From the IMG/VR virus record IMGVR_UViG_3300032893_000001, positions 24,183 through 88,182 of that record: DNA of 64,000 nt, one strand, 5' to 3'. Source of the DNA: a virus. Every line of letters starts with the position of its first letter. The stretch's first letter is position 1. Shown piece after piece: positions 9,666 through 19,215 of this stretch. Below the pieces are notes generated by a model. It was given only the letters and a program-made list of their open reading frames with translations, was not told the origin of the DNA and searched no databases. The translations under genes and the position numbers were made by a program.

Positions 9666-9760
9666 TGCTGCATCTTTTTGGCTGGGCGCTCTTGTTCGGA
9701 TTCCTTCACGGCCTGCGGGCCTGGATGCTGGAGAGGCTGCGCCATGATCGTACACCCTGA
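9665..9760 (+). CDS. Small hydrophobic (possible membrane) peptide, 31 aa
   Basis: TGATG coupling to the previous stop and GGAGG SD upstream; MLHLFGWALLFGFLHGLRAWMLERLRHDRTP. Confidence 0.5.
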   Translation: MLHLFGWALLFGFLHGLRAWMLERLRHDRTP

Positions 9761-10343
9761 ACAGGAAAGAAGCCGCTTCACTACGTGCGGCGGGCGGATG
9801 CTGGAGGAAACCTTCGGCCTTGTCGGCGTCAAGGTGACAGACCCGCTACGGGCCGACCGGCAGTGGACGCTGGACGGCGTCTACCTGCCGGTGCGCGGAA
9901 GGCTCGTCGGTGGCATCCGCGCGCACGCCACCGATCAGAAGGGCTTCGCGTCGTTCATCAACCAGCGTGACCTCGAGGTCCTCCTTGGAGTCGGTCAACC
10001 GGGGACGTACTGCCGATGGCTCGGGCAGGACTACGTCGACCCGCTCGACAAGGAACGTTGGTTCGGATTCGTGATGGATGACGATGACCTGACCGACGAC
10101 CTGTACGCGCGTGAGCAAGAAATGCGGCTTGTGCAGGAAGAAGTAACGGGAGCGGTGCTCTTGCCTGAAGGAGTCGAGCTCACGAGGCGAATCCACCTCA
10201 GCCCCGGAGTCGATTGCGAAGAGCTCCTGTTGTTCGCAGGAGAGCAGTGGTTCGAGAACGGCGTTCCAGACTTCCGCGTCGAGACCGCGGAGTTGCGCTG
10301 GCGACGCGTAGAAAGGATTGCAGTCGAATGGCGGAGAATCTAA
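9744..10343 (+). CDS. Hypothetical protein
   Basis: ATG 9744 with GGAGAGG SD; fills the operon. Confidence 0.7.
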   Translation: MIVHPEQERSRFTTCGGRMLEETFGLVGVKVTDPLRADRQWTLDGVYLPVRGRLVGGIRAHATDQKGFASFINQRDLEVLLGVGQPGTYCRWLGQDYVDPLDKERWFGFVMDDDDLTDDLYAREQEMRLVQEEVTGAVLLPEGVELTRRIHLSPGVDCEELLLFAGEQWFENGVPDFRVETAELRWRRVERIAVEWRRI

Positions 10344-10960
10344 CGCACGGACCTTTTGAAGAAGAAGACGAAGAGGAGGAAGAAGAAGGGCACCCAACCG
10401 AGCTCGTCTGCCTTCACTGCATGGAGCGCATCGTCACCGGGGAGGACGTCGCGCTGTTCCAACTCGTCGAGCCTTGGCTGTCGAAAGAGGACGGCGAGGT
10501 GAAGTACTTGATCCTCCGAGACGACAACGACGAACCTCTCGTCGAACCGGTCTTCTTCGACTTCAGTTGCTACGAAGAACTGGAAGAAACGATTCGAGAG
10601 CAACTCGAAGACGAGCCGCCGAACGTCGAGACGCACAGCGTTCTCGAGTGCGACTACTGCGGAGACAGCATTCGAATGGGCGAACGGTGCATCGCCGTCG
10701 ACATCGGAGAAGTCGCCTTCTCTCCGAGAACGCCGACGCTGAAAGGCGTCTGCTCCCCCACCACGACGTTTCTCGCCGCAGAAGGGGACCTATGGGTTGC
10801 CTGCCTGACGTGCGCTCGGCGTTTCCTTTCAGCAGCAGGAATCGAAGACTCCGATCTCGAGAACACCCTTGCGCAGGGAAGGGAATGCAAGGAATGCACG
10901 GCAACGAAGTGCTGGCGACACGGCCGCTGCATGTGCCGCTGCCATTGGAGGCCCACGTGA
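10328..10960 (+). CDS. Acidic multi-zinc-finger protein
   Basis: Poly-Glu N-terminus; CLHC, CDYC, CLTC, CKEC and CMCRCH motifs. Confidence 0.7.
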   Translation: MAENLTHGPFEEEDEEEEEEGHPTELVCLHCMERIVTGEDVALFQLVEPWLSKEDGEVKYLILRDDNDEPLVEPVFFDFSCYEELEETIREQLEDEPPNVETHSVLECDYCGDSIRMGERCIAVDIGEVAFSPRTPTLKGVCSPTTTFLAAEGDLWVACLTCARRFLSAAGIEDSDLENTLAQGRECKECTATKCWRHGRCMCRCHWRPT

Positions 10961-11253
10961 GTGGGCAGGGCAAGTTCCTCGCCACTCGGATGGCGCGGAA
11001 CCCGTACGGGGTGACGGACCATGTCGTCGAGCGCTTCATGGAGCGCTGGCTCGACAGCCGTCACCTCTACAAGCAAGAGGTGCGCAACCACATCAACCAG
11101 CAGATTGCAGCGGCGTTCAAAGACGGAACGGTGCTCGTCAACTACGACGGCAAGAACAAGGTTCCGATCTCCTTCATGGGCGTTGACGGGTGGGCCATCG
11201 TGGACTCCGCCGGCAACGTCGTCACCGTCTACACGAAGAACGAGGACAAGTAA
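10957..11253 (+). CDS. RelE/BECR-fold (DUF4258-like) small protein, possible RNase
   Basis: GTGA overlap, GGAGG SD; TDHVVERFMER near the N-terminus and terminal VVTVY strand. Confidence 0.5.
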   Translation: MSGQGKFLATRMARNPYGVTDHVVERFMERWLDSRHLYKQEVRNHINQQIAAAFKDGTVLVNYDGKNKVPISFMGVDGWAIVDSAGNVVTVYTKNEDK

Positions 11254-12467
11254 TGCACACCGTCGAAGATGTGATCCGAGTTGCCATCTCCGTTCCCCTC
11301 GGAGACCCGAACGATCCGAACTGCATGTGGGGGTTGCCGTTGCTCATCTGGGGGAATCCGGGCATCGGCAAGTCCTCCCGCATCAAGAAGCTTGCGGCGC
11401 TTCTGCAAACGTACGCGGGCGTCGTCCTGCCGGCAGGACGTCTTCCCGAGGACTTCGCGGGACTCGCAGTGCAGGATGGCAAAGGGGGCGTCAACCTCGT
11501 CAGCATCCTGATGGCGGTGCGTGAGCTCGTGGAGATCGGCGAGGGCATCTTGTTCCTCGACGAGATCAACACCGCCCGCAGCGCCGTTCAGTCCACACTT
11601 CTTGGCGTCGTACTGGACCGACGGTCTGGCGACGTCGAGATTCCTGGCAAGGTTCGTATCATCGCAGCCGCCAACCCTGTCGAGACCAGCGCCGGCGGCC
11701 ACCCGCTCGAAGCTCCTCTCGCCAATCGGTTCATCCATTACGAGATGGACAAGCCGACGGCTCGCGAATGGGGAAACTACGTGCTCGGCGTCAAGAACGA
11801 GGAGGAAGACGTCACGCCTCTCTACGACATCGAGACGAAGATCAAAGAGAACTGGGCGAGGGCGTGGCTCGAGGTTGCACCTGTCTTCGTGGGCTACGCA
11901 GAAAGGTTCCCGAAGGCCCTCGAGGACATTCCCGATGCGGGCTCTACAGAGCGAAGCAAAGCGTTCCCGACCGCGCGCACGATGGAATGGGCCGTCCGCG
12001 CAGCAACGACGTGCCGCATCCTGAACATCGGCGGGCAGCTCGAGTCCGTCATGCTCAAAGCGTGCATCGGCGCTGGTGCACGTGACGAGTTCCTCGCCTA
12101 CCGCCGCGACTTGAAGCTGCCTTCTCCGAAGCAGGTCTTGAGCGAAGGCTTCGAGCCGGACAAACGCCTCGATCGCAACTACGTCGTGTACATCTCTCTC
12201 GCTGCGTACATCACTGGACTTCCGCACAAGCAGGCGCAGGTCGACGCGGTGCTGAAAGCATGGCCGATTCTCCAACGTGGCTGCGAGGCTGGCTTCGCCG
12301 ATCTCGTCTACCCCGCGGCGGTCGAGCTCGTGAACAAGAACCTGAGCTCTCTCGGTGGAGAGAAACTGGCGAAAGCATCCGAGCCGGTGATCGGACGATT
12401 CGGAGATCGTCTGATGAAGAACGCGAAGAAGATCTACGACTACAACAAGAACAAGGAGGCCGTATGA
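11253..12467 (+). CDS. MoxR-like AAA+ ATPase
   Basis: Walker A GNPGIGKS, Walker B LFLDEIN, sensor AAANP, arginine finger LANRF. Confidence 0.9.
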   Translation: MHTVEDVIRVAISVPLGDPNDPNCMWGLPLLIWGNPGIGKSSRIKKLAALLQTYAGVVLPAGRLPEDFAGLAVQDGKGGVNLVSILMAVRELVEIGEGILFLDEINTARSAVQSTLLGVVLDRRSGDVEIPGKVRIIAAANPVETSAGGHPLEAPLANRFIHYEMDKPTAREWGNYVLGVKNEEEDVTPLYDIETKIKENWARAWLEVAPVFVGYAERFPKALEDIPDAGSTERSKAFPTARTMEWAVRAATTCRILNIGGQLESVMLKACIGAGARDEFLAYRRDLKLPSPKQVLSEGFEPDKRLDRNYVVYISLAAYITGLPHKQAQVDAVLKAWPILQRGCEAGFADLVYPAAVELVNKNLSSLGGEKLAKASEPVIGRFGDRLMKNAKKIYDYNKNKEAV

Positions 12468-13660
12468 GCGTAGAAGACGAGCTGCTCATGCTCGGTCGAG
12501 TGTACGTGCAGGCGCACGCGCCCTACTTCGGTAGGGCCGTGCTCAGCCTGATTCCACACGCCGAGCGTCGCGTTCCCACGCTCGGCGTCACGCCAGGCAT
12601 GATCCTCTACTACAACCCCGACTACCTGCGGAAGCTGGAGTCGGAGAAGAGAATCGGTACGCGTCTCTGGCATGAAGTACAGCACGTGTTGCGGCACTCC
12701 TTCACACGATTGATCGGGGTCAACCAGCGCATCGCGAACATCTGCGAGGACCTCGCCATCAACACGACAGGAAGGCACGACCCCGCGTGGGACTTCTCTC
12801 CTGACGGATTGCTCCCCGAGAAGTACGGCCTTCCCGTGGACCTGACTGCCGAGGAGTACTACGCACTGGTGCCGCCGAGTGCGGCGAACGAGGAAGTGAG
12901 CGCATGCGCAGGGCAATGCGGCGGCGTTGCCGGTAACGCGAGCAACGACGAGCTCGAGAAGGAACTCGACGAGCTGTACGGACGAGAGGAATCCGAAGTC
13001 GAGCAGATCAAACAGCAGGTTGCCGACGACATCATCCGTCACGAGAAGACGCATGGAACGATTCGCGGTGGCTGGTCTCAGTGGGCAAAAGCGATTCTCG
13101 CGCCGTCCACGATCCGGTGGCAGACCTTCTTCCAGAACACCATCCGCGCATGCGTCAGCAAGTTGTCGTACGGCGACAGCGACTACTCGATGGCGCGCCC
13201 TTCTCGTCGCTCGTATGGAATGCCTCCCGGACCCTTCCGTCCTGGTCTGGTTGGGGAGGAGATCGAGTTCGCGATCGTGCTCGACACGAGCGGTTCGATG
13301 GATATCGACCGACACATCAAGCCGTGCCTCCGAGAAGCGCGCGGCATCATCATGCAGTCAGGCGCAGAGGACGCCTGGTTCATTCAAGCCGACGCGATGT
13401 ACGACGAACGCATCCGTCGCGTACGCGCCTCAGAGCTCGTCGAAGTGGAGATCGTTGGGCGTGGTGGAACGGACTTTCGTCCCGCCATCGAACGAGCTCA
13501 ACGCCTTCATCCAAAGCCTTCCATTCTCATCTACCTGACCGACGGGTACGGTCCCGCACCCGATCGAGCACCGGCCGGGATGGAAGTCATCTGGTGCTTG
13601 GTCGGAGAACAAGTAAAGGAGCCAGCGACATGGGGTCACGTCGTTCGCGTTCCGAAGTGA
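12464..13660 (+). CDS. Metallopeptidase-vWA protein (DUF2201-like), partner of the AAA+ ATPase
   Basis: HEVQH (HExxH), MIDAS DTSGSM, GRGGTDF, YLTDG; ATGA coupling to the ATPase. Confidence 0.88.
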   Translation: MSVEDELLMLGRVYVQAHAPYFGRAVLSLIPHAERRVPTLGVTPGMILYYNPDYLRKLESEKRIGTRLWHEVQHVLRHSFTRLIGVNQRIANICEDLAINTTGRHDPAWDFSPDGLLPEKYGLPVDLTAEEYYALVPPSAANEEVSACAGQCGGVAGNASNDELEKELDELYGREESEVEQIKQQVADDIIRHEKTHGTIRGGWSQWAKAILAPSTIRWQTFFQNTIRACVSKLSYGDSDYSMARPSRRSYGMPPGPFRPGLVGEEIEFAIVLDTSGSMDIDRHIKPCLREARGIIMQSGAEDAWFIQADAMYDERIRRVRASELVEVEIVGRGGTDFRPAIERAQRLHPKPSILIYLTDGYGPAPDRAPAGMEVIWCLVGEQVKEPATWGHVVRVPK

Positions 13661-14424
13661 AAAACAACGAGGTGCTCTTCAAAGTGCGCTGCAACGGAGA
13701 AGAGCACACCGTTCGTTTTCGAGGGCATCGCGTCACGCTTCTCGATCATCCAGGCGTTCGACTGAAGACACTGGCGGCCGAAGTCGACATGATGGAACAG
13801 TCGAAGATAGAACAGTCATCTTGCTTGGAGATCGTAGGCGCTCTTCTCTGCGGTGGTAGCTACTTCGCCGCGTTGAAGGACCGCATCGACATTCCGCACC
13901 TTCTTGAAGGAAACGAACCTCGAGAGGTTAGGAATACGAGGTACGTACGAAGAACGACAGTGTTCGACCCACTCGAGGGTCGACGCTTCCTACGCCCTTC
14001 GCCGTTCGTACTTGCAAAGGCACGGGAGGTACTCGAACGCTGGCAGCTTCGTTCGACGCCAAACGTCGGGCACGACGTCAAGATCTACTCAGTTCCCTTC
14101 CTCACAAGAGGAGAGATCGTTGTAACCTGCACGAAAAGAGGAGCCTATCCAAACGAGGTCAAGATCGCTGCCAAGCTCGATGCGCGACGAGCGAAGTGGA
14201 GGCAGGTCGTCGCTGTCAGCCTCGACGAAGCATCCTGGGCTCGAATCTACCTGCGGTGCGGAGGGCTCATCGAAGGAAAGTACTTCGTGACGCAGCTCGT
14301 GAAAGAACGATCGCCGTTCGATCTTCGCGTGCGGTACGCGTACCAATCCAGGGGGTACAAGATCGCAACCGGAGAAGGAAACATCCGTCTCGGCAGCGAC
14401 GGAGTGTGGCGACTCGTTGGTTGA
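13657..14424 (+). CDS. Hypothetical basic protein
   Basis: GTGA overlap; last gene of the island, directly followed by a terminator. Confidence 0.6.
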   Translation: MKNNEVLFKVRCNGEEHTVRFRGHRVTLLDHPGVRLKTLAAEVDMMEQSKIEQSSCLEIVGALLCGGSYFAALKDRIDIPHLLEGNEPREVRNTRYVRRTTVFDPLEGRRFLRPSPFVLAKAREVLERWQLRSTPNVGHDVKIYSVPFLTRGEIVVTCTKRGAYPNEVKIAAKLDARRAKWRQVVAVSLDEASWARIYLRCGGLIEGKYFVTQLVKERSPFDLRVRYAYQSRGYKIATGEGNIRLGSDGVWRLVG

Positions 14425-14457
14425 AAGCAGGGCCTTCTGGCCCTGCTTTTTTAGCCC
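14424..14457 (+). terminator. Intrinsic (probably bidirectional) terminator at a convergent junction
   Basis: AAAGCAGGGCC-TTCT-GGCCCTGCTTT hairpin followed by TTTAGCCC. Confidence 0.85.
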
Positions 14458-16509
14458 TCAGACGAGCGTCGTCATTCTACGCGGCGATCGCTGCTCAGGA
14501 AGCGGTCGCATGTCGACGCCCCCCTGCGAGCCGGCCATGATCTGCTCCTTGTCCTTCTGGAGCTGCTTCAGATACTGCCCCGTGAGCGCGGCGAGATCGG
14601 GGCTCGTGGTCTGGAGATTCTGAAGGGCCATCTGCTGCATCGCAGGGTCGAGGTGCGAGATCTGCTGGGCGTACGACATCGCCATGCTAGGCAAGTCGAC
14701 GTTCTGCTGCCCGCTCTGTTGCATGTTCTGCTGGCGTCCGAGACGGCTAGAGATCGCGCTGTGGAACTCTTGATCCGGCGTCGGTGCTTCCAAGAGTGCG
14801 CTTCCGGGCGGCAGCGGAGAGGCTTGGGGATCGGTGAGGTCTGCCGGCGCGCCCGCCGCGGCGGCCTGCTGACCACCAGGCGTTCCTGCCCCCAACTGGT
14901 CCTGAGCTCCGGGCTCTCCTGGCGCGGGTCCCTGCTGCATCGCCTGCTGCTGCACCTGCTGCGCCTTGGCTTGGTACTTGGCCATGACGAGAGACGACTC
15001 GCCCTGGATCTCAGCCATCGCGAGCTGCTGCGTCTTGGTTGCTTCGAGACGCGTCTTCGTCTCCTTCAGCATCAGCTTGTTCTCCTCCTCTTGCGAGAGG
15101 TCGGAGTCCGCGAGCAGCGTCGAGTCGCTGATCTTGTTGAGCTGGTTGAACTGGAGCATCAGCGACTTGCGCTGGATGTCGTCGGCCATCTTGAAGGGCT
15201 TGAAGCGCCCCTTCGCCATCGGCCAATCGAGGAAGTTGGAAACCTCCTGCATGACGAATCGGAACAGATGCTTGTGGCGCAACACGTAGCCGATGAAGGC
15301 ATTTTCGAGCATGCGCATCGACACGTTCGTCCCCGCGTAGGACAAGCCACCGAACACGAACTCGCGGGGCACTCCCATGCCAACGACGATCTGCTCGCTC
15401 CACTGCTGGATCTCGGGCGTCAGCATGAGCGCCTTGCCGTCACCACCGATGGTCTGGTTGCCCACCGGCAAAGGCAGGATGGGGATGTAGTTGTTGTCGT
15501 ATCGCCAACGACCGATCTCGGTCGCGACATGATCGCGCCAGTCGACAAGGTTGATGCTCGTGAAGGGATCGGCGGTACCGGCGGCAGGCTGCGGAAAGAG
15601 GATGCGCAGCGGCACGATGTGCTCGAGCAGGATTGCCTCCTGCGCCTTCTTCATGAGCTGAAGGTAGTACGTGTCCTTCAGGACAGGCAGAAGAAGAGGG
15701 ATGCCCCATCCTCGATCCTGCGTAGCGAGCGACGGACGACGAAGATGGAAGACCTTGTCCTTCGCGAGGACGAGTCCCTTCTGCTCCTTCAGCGCCTGGA
15801 TGAAGATCTGCGGGATGGTCTCGACCACTTCCTTGCGACCGATGATGATGTCGTTCCGGATGACCGCGGGGATCGTGTAGAAGTACGTGTAGTCGCCGGT
15901 GAGGTCGTTGTAGAGGATCTCCATGTCCTCCGGGTTCCAGCGAATGAGCTTCACGCCGCTCGGGTTCTTCAAGTACAAGTCCGTGACGATCGCATCACCC
16001 GTCGTGTGGCAACCAGGGCACGCGAGCCGGAACGAGTAGTTCGTGAAGACCCAGTGGTTGCGGCAACGGTTCGCAACCTCGCGCCAACCGCACGTCGCGC
16101 AGCGCAGGTACTTGTGGAAGTTGTAGCCGATGCTGATGAACGCGTTGCCGTAGGCGAAGTAGTCGAGTCCGACCTCCACCTGAAAGGCGCGGTACTGAAG
16201 ATGGTCTTGGAAGAAGTCCATCCAGCGATCTTTGGTGCGCGCGTCGTCGTGATCGATGATGAGGTCTGTGACGGGGTACTCACTCATCTTGAAGACGACC
16301 GCGTTGATCAACGGGTTCGTCAAGAAGTAGTACCGGCACCAACGGAACATCTGCTTGACCGTGACGGGCAAGTAGGTGTGCGCGACGTCGAAGAACGGCG
16401 AGGGGTAGTTGACTCCCTGGACAGGGCTGCCCTGAATGCGGCCGCGCGTCTGCGAGAAGCGGAAGGCGTTCGCCGGACCGCCGACACCCATGCCGCCTGC
16501 CATCGTCAT
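14458..16509 (-). CDS. Portal protein (probable), with Zn-ribbon insertion and Q/P/G-rich tail
   Basis: 683 aa; portal-like pattern (RWCRYYFLTNPLINAVV, DYFAYGNAF, VFHLRR..GWGIPLL, IVVGMGVPREF); CATC...CPGC insertion. Confidence 0.7.
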   Translation of the reverse strand: MTMAGGMGVGGPANAFRFSQTRGRIQGSPVQGVNYPSPFFDVAHTYLPVTVKQMFRWCRYYFLTNPLINAVVFKMSEYPVTDLIIDHDDARTKDRWMDFFQDHLQYRAFQVEVGLDYFAYGNAFISIGYNFHKYLRCATCGWREVANRCRNHWVFTNYSFRLACPGCHTTGDAIVTDLYLKNPSGVKLIRWNPEDMEILYNDLTGDYTYFYTIPAVIRNDIIIGRKEVVETIPQIFIQALKEQKGLVLAKDKVFHLRRPSLATQDRGWGIPLLLPVLKDTYYLQLMKKAQEAILLEHIVPLRILFPQPAAGTADPFTSINLVDWRDHVATEIGRWRYDNNYIPILPLPVGNQTIGGDGKALMLTPEIQQWSEQIVVGMGVPREFVFGGLSYAGTNVSMRMLENAFIGYVLRHKHLFRFVMQEVSNFLDWPMAKGRFKPFKMADDIQRKSLMLQFNQLNKISDSTLLADSDLSQEEENKLMLKETKTRLEATKTQQLAMAEIQGESSLVMAKYQAKAQQVQQQAMQQGPAPGEPGAQDQLGAGTPGGQQAAAAGAPADLTDPQASPLPPGSALLEAPTPDQEFHSAISSRLGRQQNMQQSGQQNVDLPSMAMSYAQQISHLDPAMQQMALQNLQTTSPDLAALTGQYLKQLQKDKEQIMAGSQGGVDMRPLPEQRSPRRMTTLV

Positions 16510-17483
16510 ACTTGCGTCTCCGGCGGATAGCCCGAAGCACGGGCCGTCATGATCGTTTCACTGGGGGTCGACTGACCGGGTCCCTTGGTGAGGTCGCTAG
16601 CCTCCACGGGGTGCGGTCCGTACGAGCGGAAGTTCGGTGGTGCGTTCTTGTGAAAGAGCTTGCCCGCGGCGATATCGACGCCCTTGCCCGCCGCGCGGCC
16701 AAGATGACCCGTCGCTTCTTGGAGAACCTGCCCTGCACCAAAGGGCATCAAGCCACTCGCGAGACCTCCAACGAGGGTGCCCGTGGTGTACCCGAGCTGC
16801 TCTCCCTTGCCTCCGTCAGGAGCCGGTGAGAGTGCTGCCTGCGCGACGCCAAGGGCGGGGAGACCAAGCATCAGCGCCTTGCTCGCGGGACTTGCTCCTG
16901 CGATCTGCGCGTGCGCTCCACGATAGACGGTCGGCAGGATACCGTGCGCCTTCATCGACTTCACGACGCCTGGCAGATTCGTAAGCCCCCACTCTTCGGC
17001 GCTTCGTGTCGCCTTGAGCGCATCCTGCGCGCGCCCCCACTCTTTGGACGCTTGCTCGACCGCTTCGGGAGCACCACTTCGCTGCGCTTTGAGAACGGCC
17101 CGGCGTGCCTTGACCGCTGCCACCTCGGATGGGTACGCGCCCGCGTGCATGGTTCGCAGCGTCTCCCCCTCGGGCATGTGCCCCGTCAATCCGTGCAGCT
17201 CGCGAAGACCAAAGCGGGACACCGCCTGGCGCGCGCGCAACGGAAGAGCGGCACCGATTCCCAAGCCGCCGAGACCACCTGCGAGAGCGCCCCGTGCCGC
17301 CGCACCGGTACCAGACTCTTCTGGATTTCCGCCCGTCAGGTGCCGCAGGTAGTTGACACCACCGCCCGTGAGCGCCCCCAGAACACCGAGCGTCGCGGCC
17401 GAACCAACACGCGGGTTCACCCTCGCGAGCTTCTTCAGCTCGTCGGCGAACGACTGCATCATCGATTCGTTCATGCGCGTCAT
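16506..17483 (-). CDS. Gly/Ala-rich virion (internal/ejected) protein candidate
   Basis: Glycine-zipper-like segments; N-terminal SFADELKKLA motif. Confidence 0.6.
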   Translation of the reverse strand: MTRMNESMMQSFADELKKLARVNPRVGSAATLGVLGALTGGGVNYLRHLTGGNPEESGTGAAARGALAGGLGGLGIGAALPLRARQAVSRFGLRELHGLTGHMPEGETLRTMHAGAYPSEVAAVKARRAVLKAQRSGAPEAVEQASKEWGRAQDALKATRSAEEWGLTNLPGVVKSMKAHGILPTVYRGAHAQIAGASPASKALMLGLPALGVAQAALSPAPDGGKGEQLGYTTGTLVGGLASGLMPFGAGQVLQEATGHLGRAAGKGVDIAAGKLFHKNAPPNFRSYGPHPVEASDLTKGPGQSTPSETIMTARASGYPPETQV

Positions 17484-18286
17484 GCGGTCTGCACCAGGCA
17501 GAGCTGGGCCTTCAGCCTGTTCCTACTTTCGGTCAAGAAGTCATGCGCAGTCAACATCCTCCGAAGCTGCTCCGCCTCTGAAGTCTGCGCACTGGGGGCT
17601 TTACCGCTGACACGAACACTCGGCCACGCCTTCTTCACTGCATCGAGGTCGATGTCGACGTTGGTCGTATCGATGATCGCAAGCCTGTCGACGGGAGGCT
17701 GCGGAACGAACATGCCCTCGTGGCGATGCACAACGCCGAGGAACAACCGCACCTCTTCTGACCAAGAGACGTCTTCACGGACACGGTTGGCGACGTCGAC
17801 CGCGGCCATCGCTTGAGCAACCGTCGGCGCCTGCATGACCTCGAAGTCCGGGAAGAGAGAGTTGAACGGGTGCACGCACCAGTTGAAGACTTCCCACTGC
17901 TCCCAGAAAGAGTCGACGAGATGAAGCGTCTTCATCGCCATCGCCTTCGAGAAGTTCAGGTCGCTGATCGTCCCGAAGTCCTGTCCCGCACGAAGCTGCA
18001 CCGTTTCCGGTTCCCACTCGAGCCACTCCGGACCGTACTTCTGAAGCAGCGCCAGATCCACGATCACCGGATGCGTCTCGGGGTGCGCCAGCAGCGTACG
18101 CGCAGTCACGCGCGTAACCACTGCTGAAACCGGGGGAGACGAAGTAGCTTCGGGCGCACCCGTCGTTTCGAGCTCGGGAGTCGACTCGTCGAAAGACGCA
18201 GCAGGCCCGCGCTCCACGTCAGCCCGGCTGACGGACTGGAGTACCTTCAGAAGCTCCGCATCGTAGCTGGGGAGCGACGGCATCAA
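17480..18286 (-). CDS. Hypothetical protein in the head block
   Basis: 268-aa ORF with ATGA overlaps on both sides. Confidence 0.7.
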   Translation of the reverse strand: MMPSLPSYDAELLKVLQSVSRADVERGPAASFDESTPELETTGAPEATSSPPVSAVVTRVTARTLLAHPETHPVIVDLALLQKYGPEWLEWEPETVQLRAGQDFGTISDLNFSKAMAMKTLHLVDSFWEQWEVFNWCVHPFNSLFPDFEVMQAPTVAQAMAAVDVANRVREDVSWSEEVRLFLGVVHRHEGMFVPQPPVDRLAIIDTTNVDIDLDAVKKAWPSVRVSGKAPSAQTSEAEQLRRMLTAHDFLTESRNRLKAQLCLVQTA

Positions 18287-19215
18287 CCACTTCCAGGCGC
18301 ACCCGAGTGCTGTTCGCGCGCCATGTTCGCCAGAATACGGCGCTGCGCGAGCGGCAGAGACTTGAAGATGCCGACGGGGTCCTTGCGGAACTCTTCGGCC
18401 ATGTCGTCGCTGAAGGTCCCCTTGACCAAGGGCAACCGCTTCATCGCGAGGTACTCGAGGTCGGCCTCGGTGACGTGGATGTTGCCGATGACCTCACTGA
18501 AGGTCGCGGTCTTCTCGAAGCCGTAGGTCGAGTAGTACGGATCGGGCACATCGCGGTCGTAGCAGAACTCGAGGCCCGCCGTCTTGTCGAACTCGCTGAG
18601 CGTGAGGCAGAACATCTCCGGCTCGAGCTGCTCACGAACGGCCGCCAGCTTGTCGAGAGCCGCCGTGAACTTGCCCGGTTCGAGAAGAGAACGACGCGCG
18701 TCGAGGGCGACCTTGATCTCCTCGACGGGAGCGTACTTCTCCGAACCGTACTTGCGGACCTCGTCGGACACCGGGATGCCGAGCTCCGACGCGCGCTTGA
18801 CGAGGTTGCAGCAGTACTCGTGTCGATCGGGAGGCGCCATGCGCTTGCCGAACTCGTCGAAGTACGCCGCGGCGGCTTTGACCTGCGCGTAGCTGTCCAA
18901 GGGGTAGCGCGCACCCAGCGCGTACGTGCTGGCCTTCTTCTCCTGCACCTTCTTCGGGGGCTCGAAACCAGCAACGTCGACGTGCGGCTGAAGAAGGCGC
19001 ATCTGCGGCAGCTTGCCTGGATGCTTCCCCTTGATCTCCGTGTTCGTCTCCGGCAGGATGCCTTCCTCTCCGCGGTGACCGTTCTTGCCCTTGACCAGGT
19101 GTCCGATCGCCGCTGTCTTCTTCGCAACGACCGCCTTGGTCGTCGTCGAGGTGTCCGTACTCTCCGCCGGCATCGTATGCGTGTTCGCGAGCTCTGCTTG
19201 TTTCATGGTGCTCAT
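18283..19215 (-). CDS. Head-associated hypothetical protein
   Basis: ATG 19215 overlaps the upstream stop; module YALGARYPLDSYAQVKAAAAYF; many K-x-A motifs. Confidence 0.7.
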   Translation of the reverse strand: MSTMKQAELANTHTMPAESTDTSTTTKAVVAKKTAAIGHLVKGKNGHRGEEGILPETNTEIKGKHPGKLPQMRLLQPHVDVAGFEPPKKVQEKKASTYALGARYPLDSYAQVKAAAAYFDEFGKRMAPPDRHEYCCNLVKRASELGIPVSDEVRKYGSEKYAPVEEIKVALDARRSLLEPGKFTAALDKLAAVREQLEPEMFCLTLSEFDKTAGLEFCYDRDVPDPYYSTYGFEKTATFSEVIGNIHVTEADLEYLAMKRLPLVKGTFSDDMAEEFRKDPVGIFKSLPLAQRRILANMAREQHSGAPGSG

